A DNA stretch of 63,176 nt, filler included, from Octopus bimaculoides (Eukaryota), in assembly GCF_001194135.2 (NCBI RefSeq). It is 7 parts of 6 records of this genome, joined end to end, with 100 filler letters (N's around TTAATTAATTAA, not from the genome) between each part and the next. Parts side by side here need not be neighbours in the genome. Positions count along the whole stretch, not along the records: positions 60,259 to 63,176 come from NC_068981.1; 6 more parts are not named here. One strand, 5' to 3'. The notes beneath the pieces were generated by a model. The model did not search any database and was not told where the DNA came from. It saw only the letters and a program-made list of their open reading frames with translations. Both the position numbers and the translations under genes were made by a program. This document shows positions 62,292-63,176 of this stretch, in pieces (the first letter of the stretch is position 1; each line of letters starts with the position of its first letter).

Positions 62292-63154
62292 ATAGGGTGT
62301 GTGAAAAATAAGTAGGCAATGAAAATTGGTAATAAGATCCATGTTCCTTTTACAAATTTATTGAAACGAACGATACATGCTCTTTATTACATGTGAAAAT
62401 GAAAAGTAAATCACTATATTTCAATGTAACCGGTGGCGTCAACCAGTTTTCTCAAACAGCCAGGGATGGAATGAACAACCTTCTGAAGGACGTAGTCTGG
62501 GTTATCATTGAGAATCTCCTCCTGAATCCGTGTCTCCAAGTCCTCCAGTGTGCGAAGTTTTGTCTTGTAGACCTCCTCTTTTGTTAAACCTCACAAGTAA
62601 AAATCACATGAAGTGAGATCTGGACTTCTGGACTTTTGCGGCCACAGTCTTCAGGTTTTAGCTCTTGCACGTAATGGGGTTTCCACGGACGAAAATTCAA
62701 TTCTTTATGCAACACAGTACGTATTGCGTCTTGTTAGTCCACTTTCACGAGTTGCTTGACGTGTTGACTTTTGCGGATTGCGATTAAACATTTCCTGCAC
62801 TGTTGCTACATTCTCCGCTGATCAGGATGTGGTCGGACGGCCACTTCTTGTTTCGTTCACAGAGCCCGTGGTCATCAGCTTTGCATAACAACTTTCTATT
62901 GTCACCGGACGCATGCTTACTTTTCCATGCACGCCACCATCTTTGAACCAAAATGATGGTGTGCTGCTATTTTAGCTCGCTTCTGAACAGTCAAGTGACC
63001 GGCCATCAGGAAAATAAGAAATAAGAAATAAGAGAATAAGAAAATAAGAAATCCCCATTAGTGTTGTCTGTTTAAAAAATGTTTTCATGACTTCAGTGAT
63101 ACTAAGATTTCTATAAGCAATTTCTAATGCCTAGTTACTTTCCACCCACCCTGT
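62292..63154 (-). mobile_element. Internally deleted DD41D (rosa/Visitor-like) Tc1/mariner element
   Basis: Imperfect ~36-bp TIRs (AGGGTGTGTGAAAAATAAGTAGGCAATGAAAATTG vs rc CAGGGTGGGTGGAAAGTAACTAGGCATTAGAAATTG) in TA runs; minus peptides GRPTTS..FNRNPQKSTRQ..RTVLHKELNFRPWKPHYVQELKPEDC joined to RSPDLTSCDFYL..LTKEEVYKTKLRTLEDLETRIQE. Confidence 0.85.
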
Positions 63155-63176
63155 ATATATATATATATATATATAT

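Overview
This is AT-rich, gap-riddled eukaryotic DNA made mostly of microsatellites, tRNA-headed SINEs and decayed transposons. The SINE families resemble those I recognise from coleoid cephalopods, most likely Octopus; that assignment is recognition from memory, not a search result. No complete host gene is visible. The best host-gene signal is one 49-nt candidate exon at 53969-54017. Almost all ORFs in the supplied track are translations of microsatellites, N gaps or repeats. Recognisable mobile DNA: a full-length decayed mariner (3583-4862), fragments of several other Tc1/mariner lineages (irritans-like mariner, DD37D maT, a DD36E Tc1, a DD41D rosa/Visitor-like element, a 122-bp MITE), a Mag-clade Ty3/Gypsy 5' half, two Penelope-like element (PLE) fragments, two Tx1/L1 LINE 3' fragments and about six SINE-like families. 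The most interesting signals are: (1) a well-formed minimal type I hammerhead ribozyme motif at 42377-42415 (-), with further degenerate hammerhead-like motifs nearby and beside a PLE ORF; (2) a SINE-head/Tx1-LINE chimera, plus a SINE family whose copies carry alternative 3' tails, one matching that LINE's apparent 3' end; (3) a ~390-bp near-perfect palindrome; (4) two higher-order tandem repeats. TTAATTAATTAA inside 100-bp gaps is an assembly linker. Most boundaries were read by eye and are approximate to roughly 10-20 bp unless a TSD or TIR is quoted.
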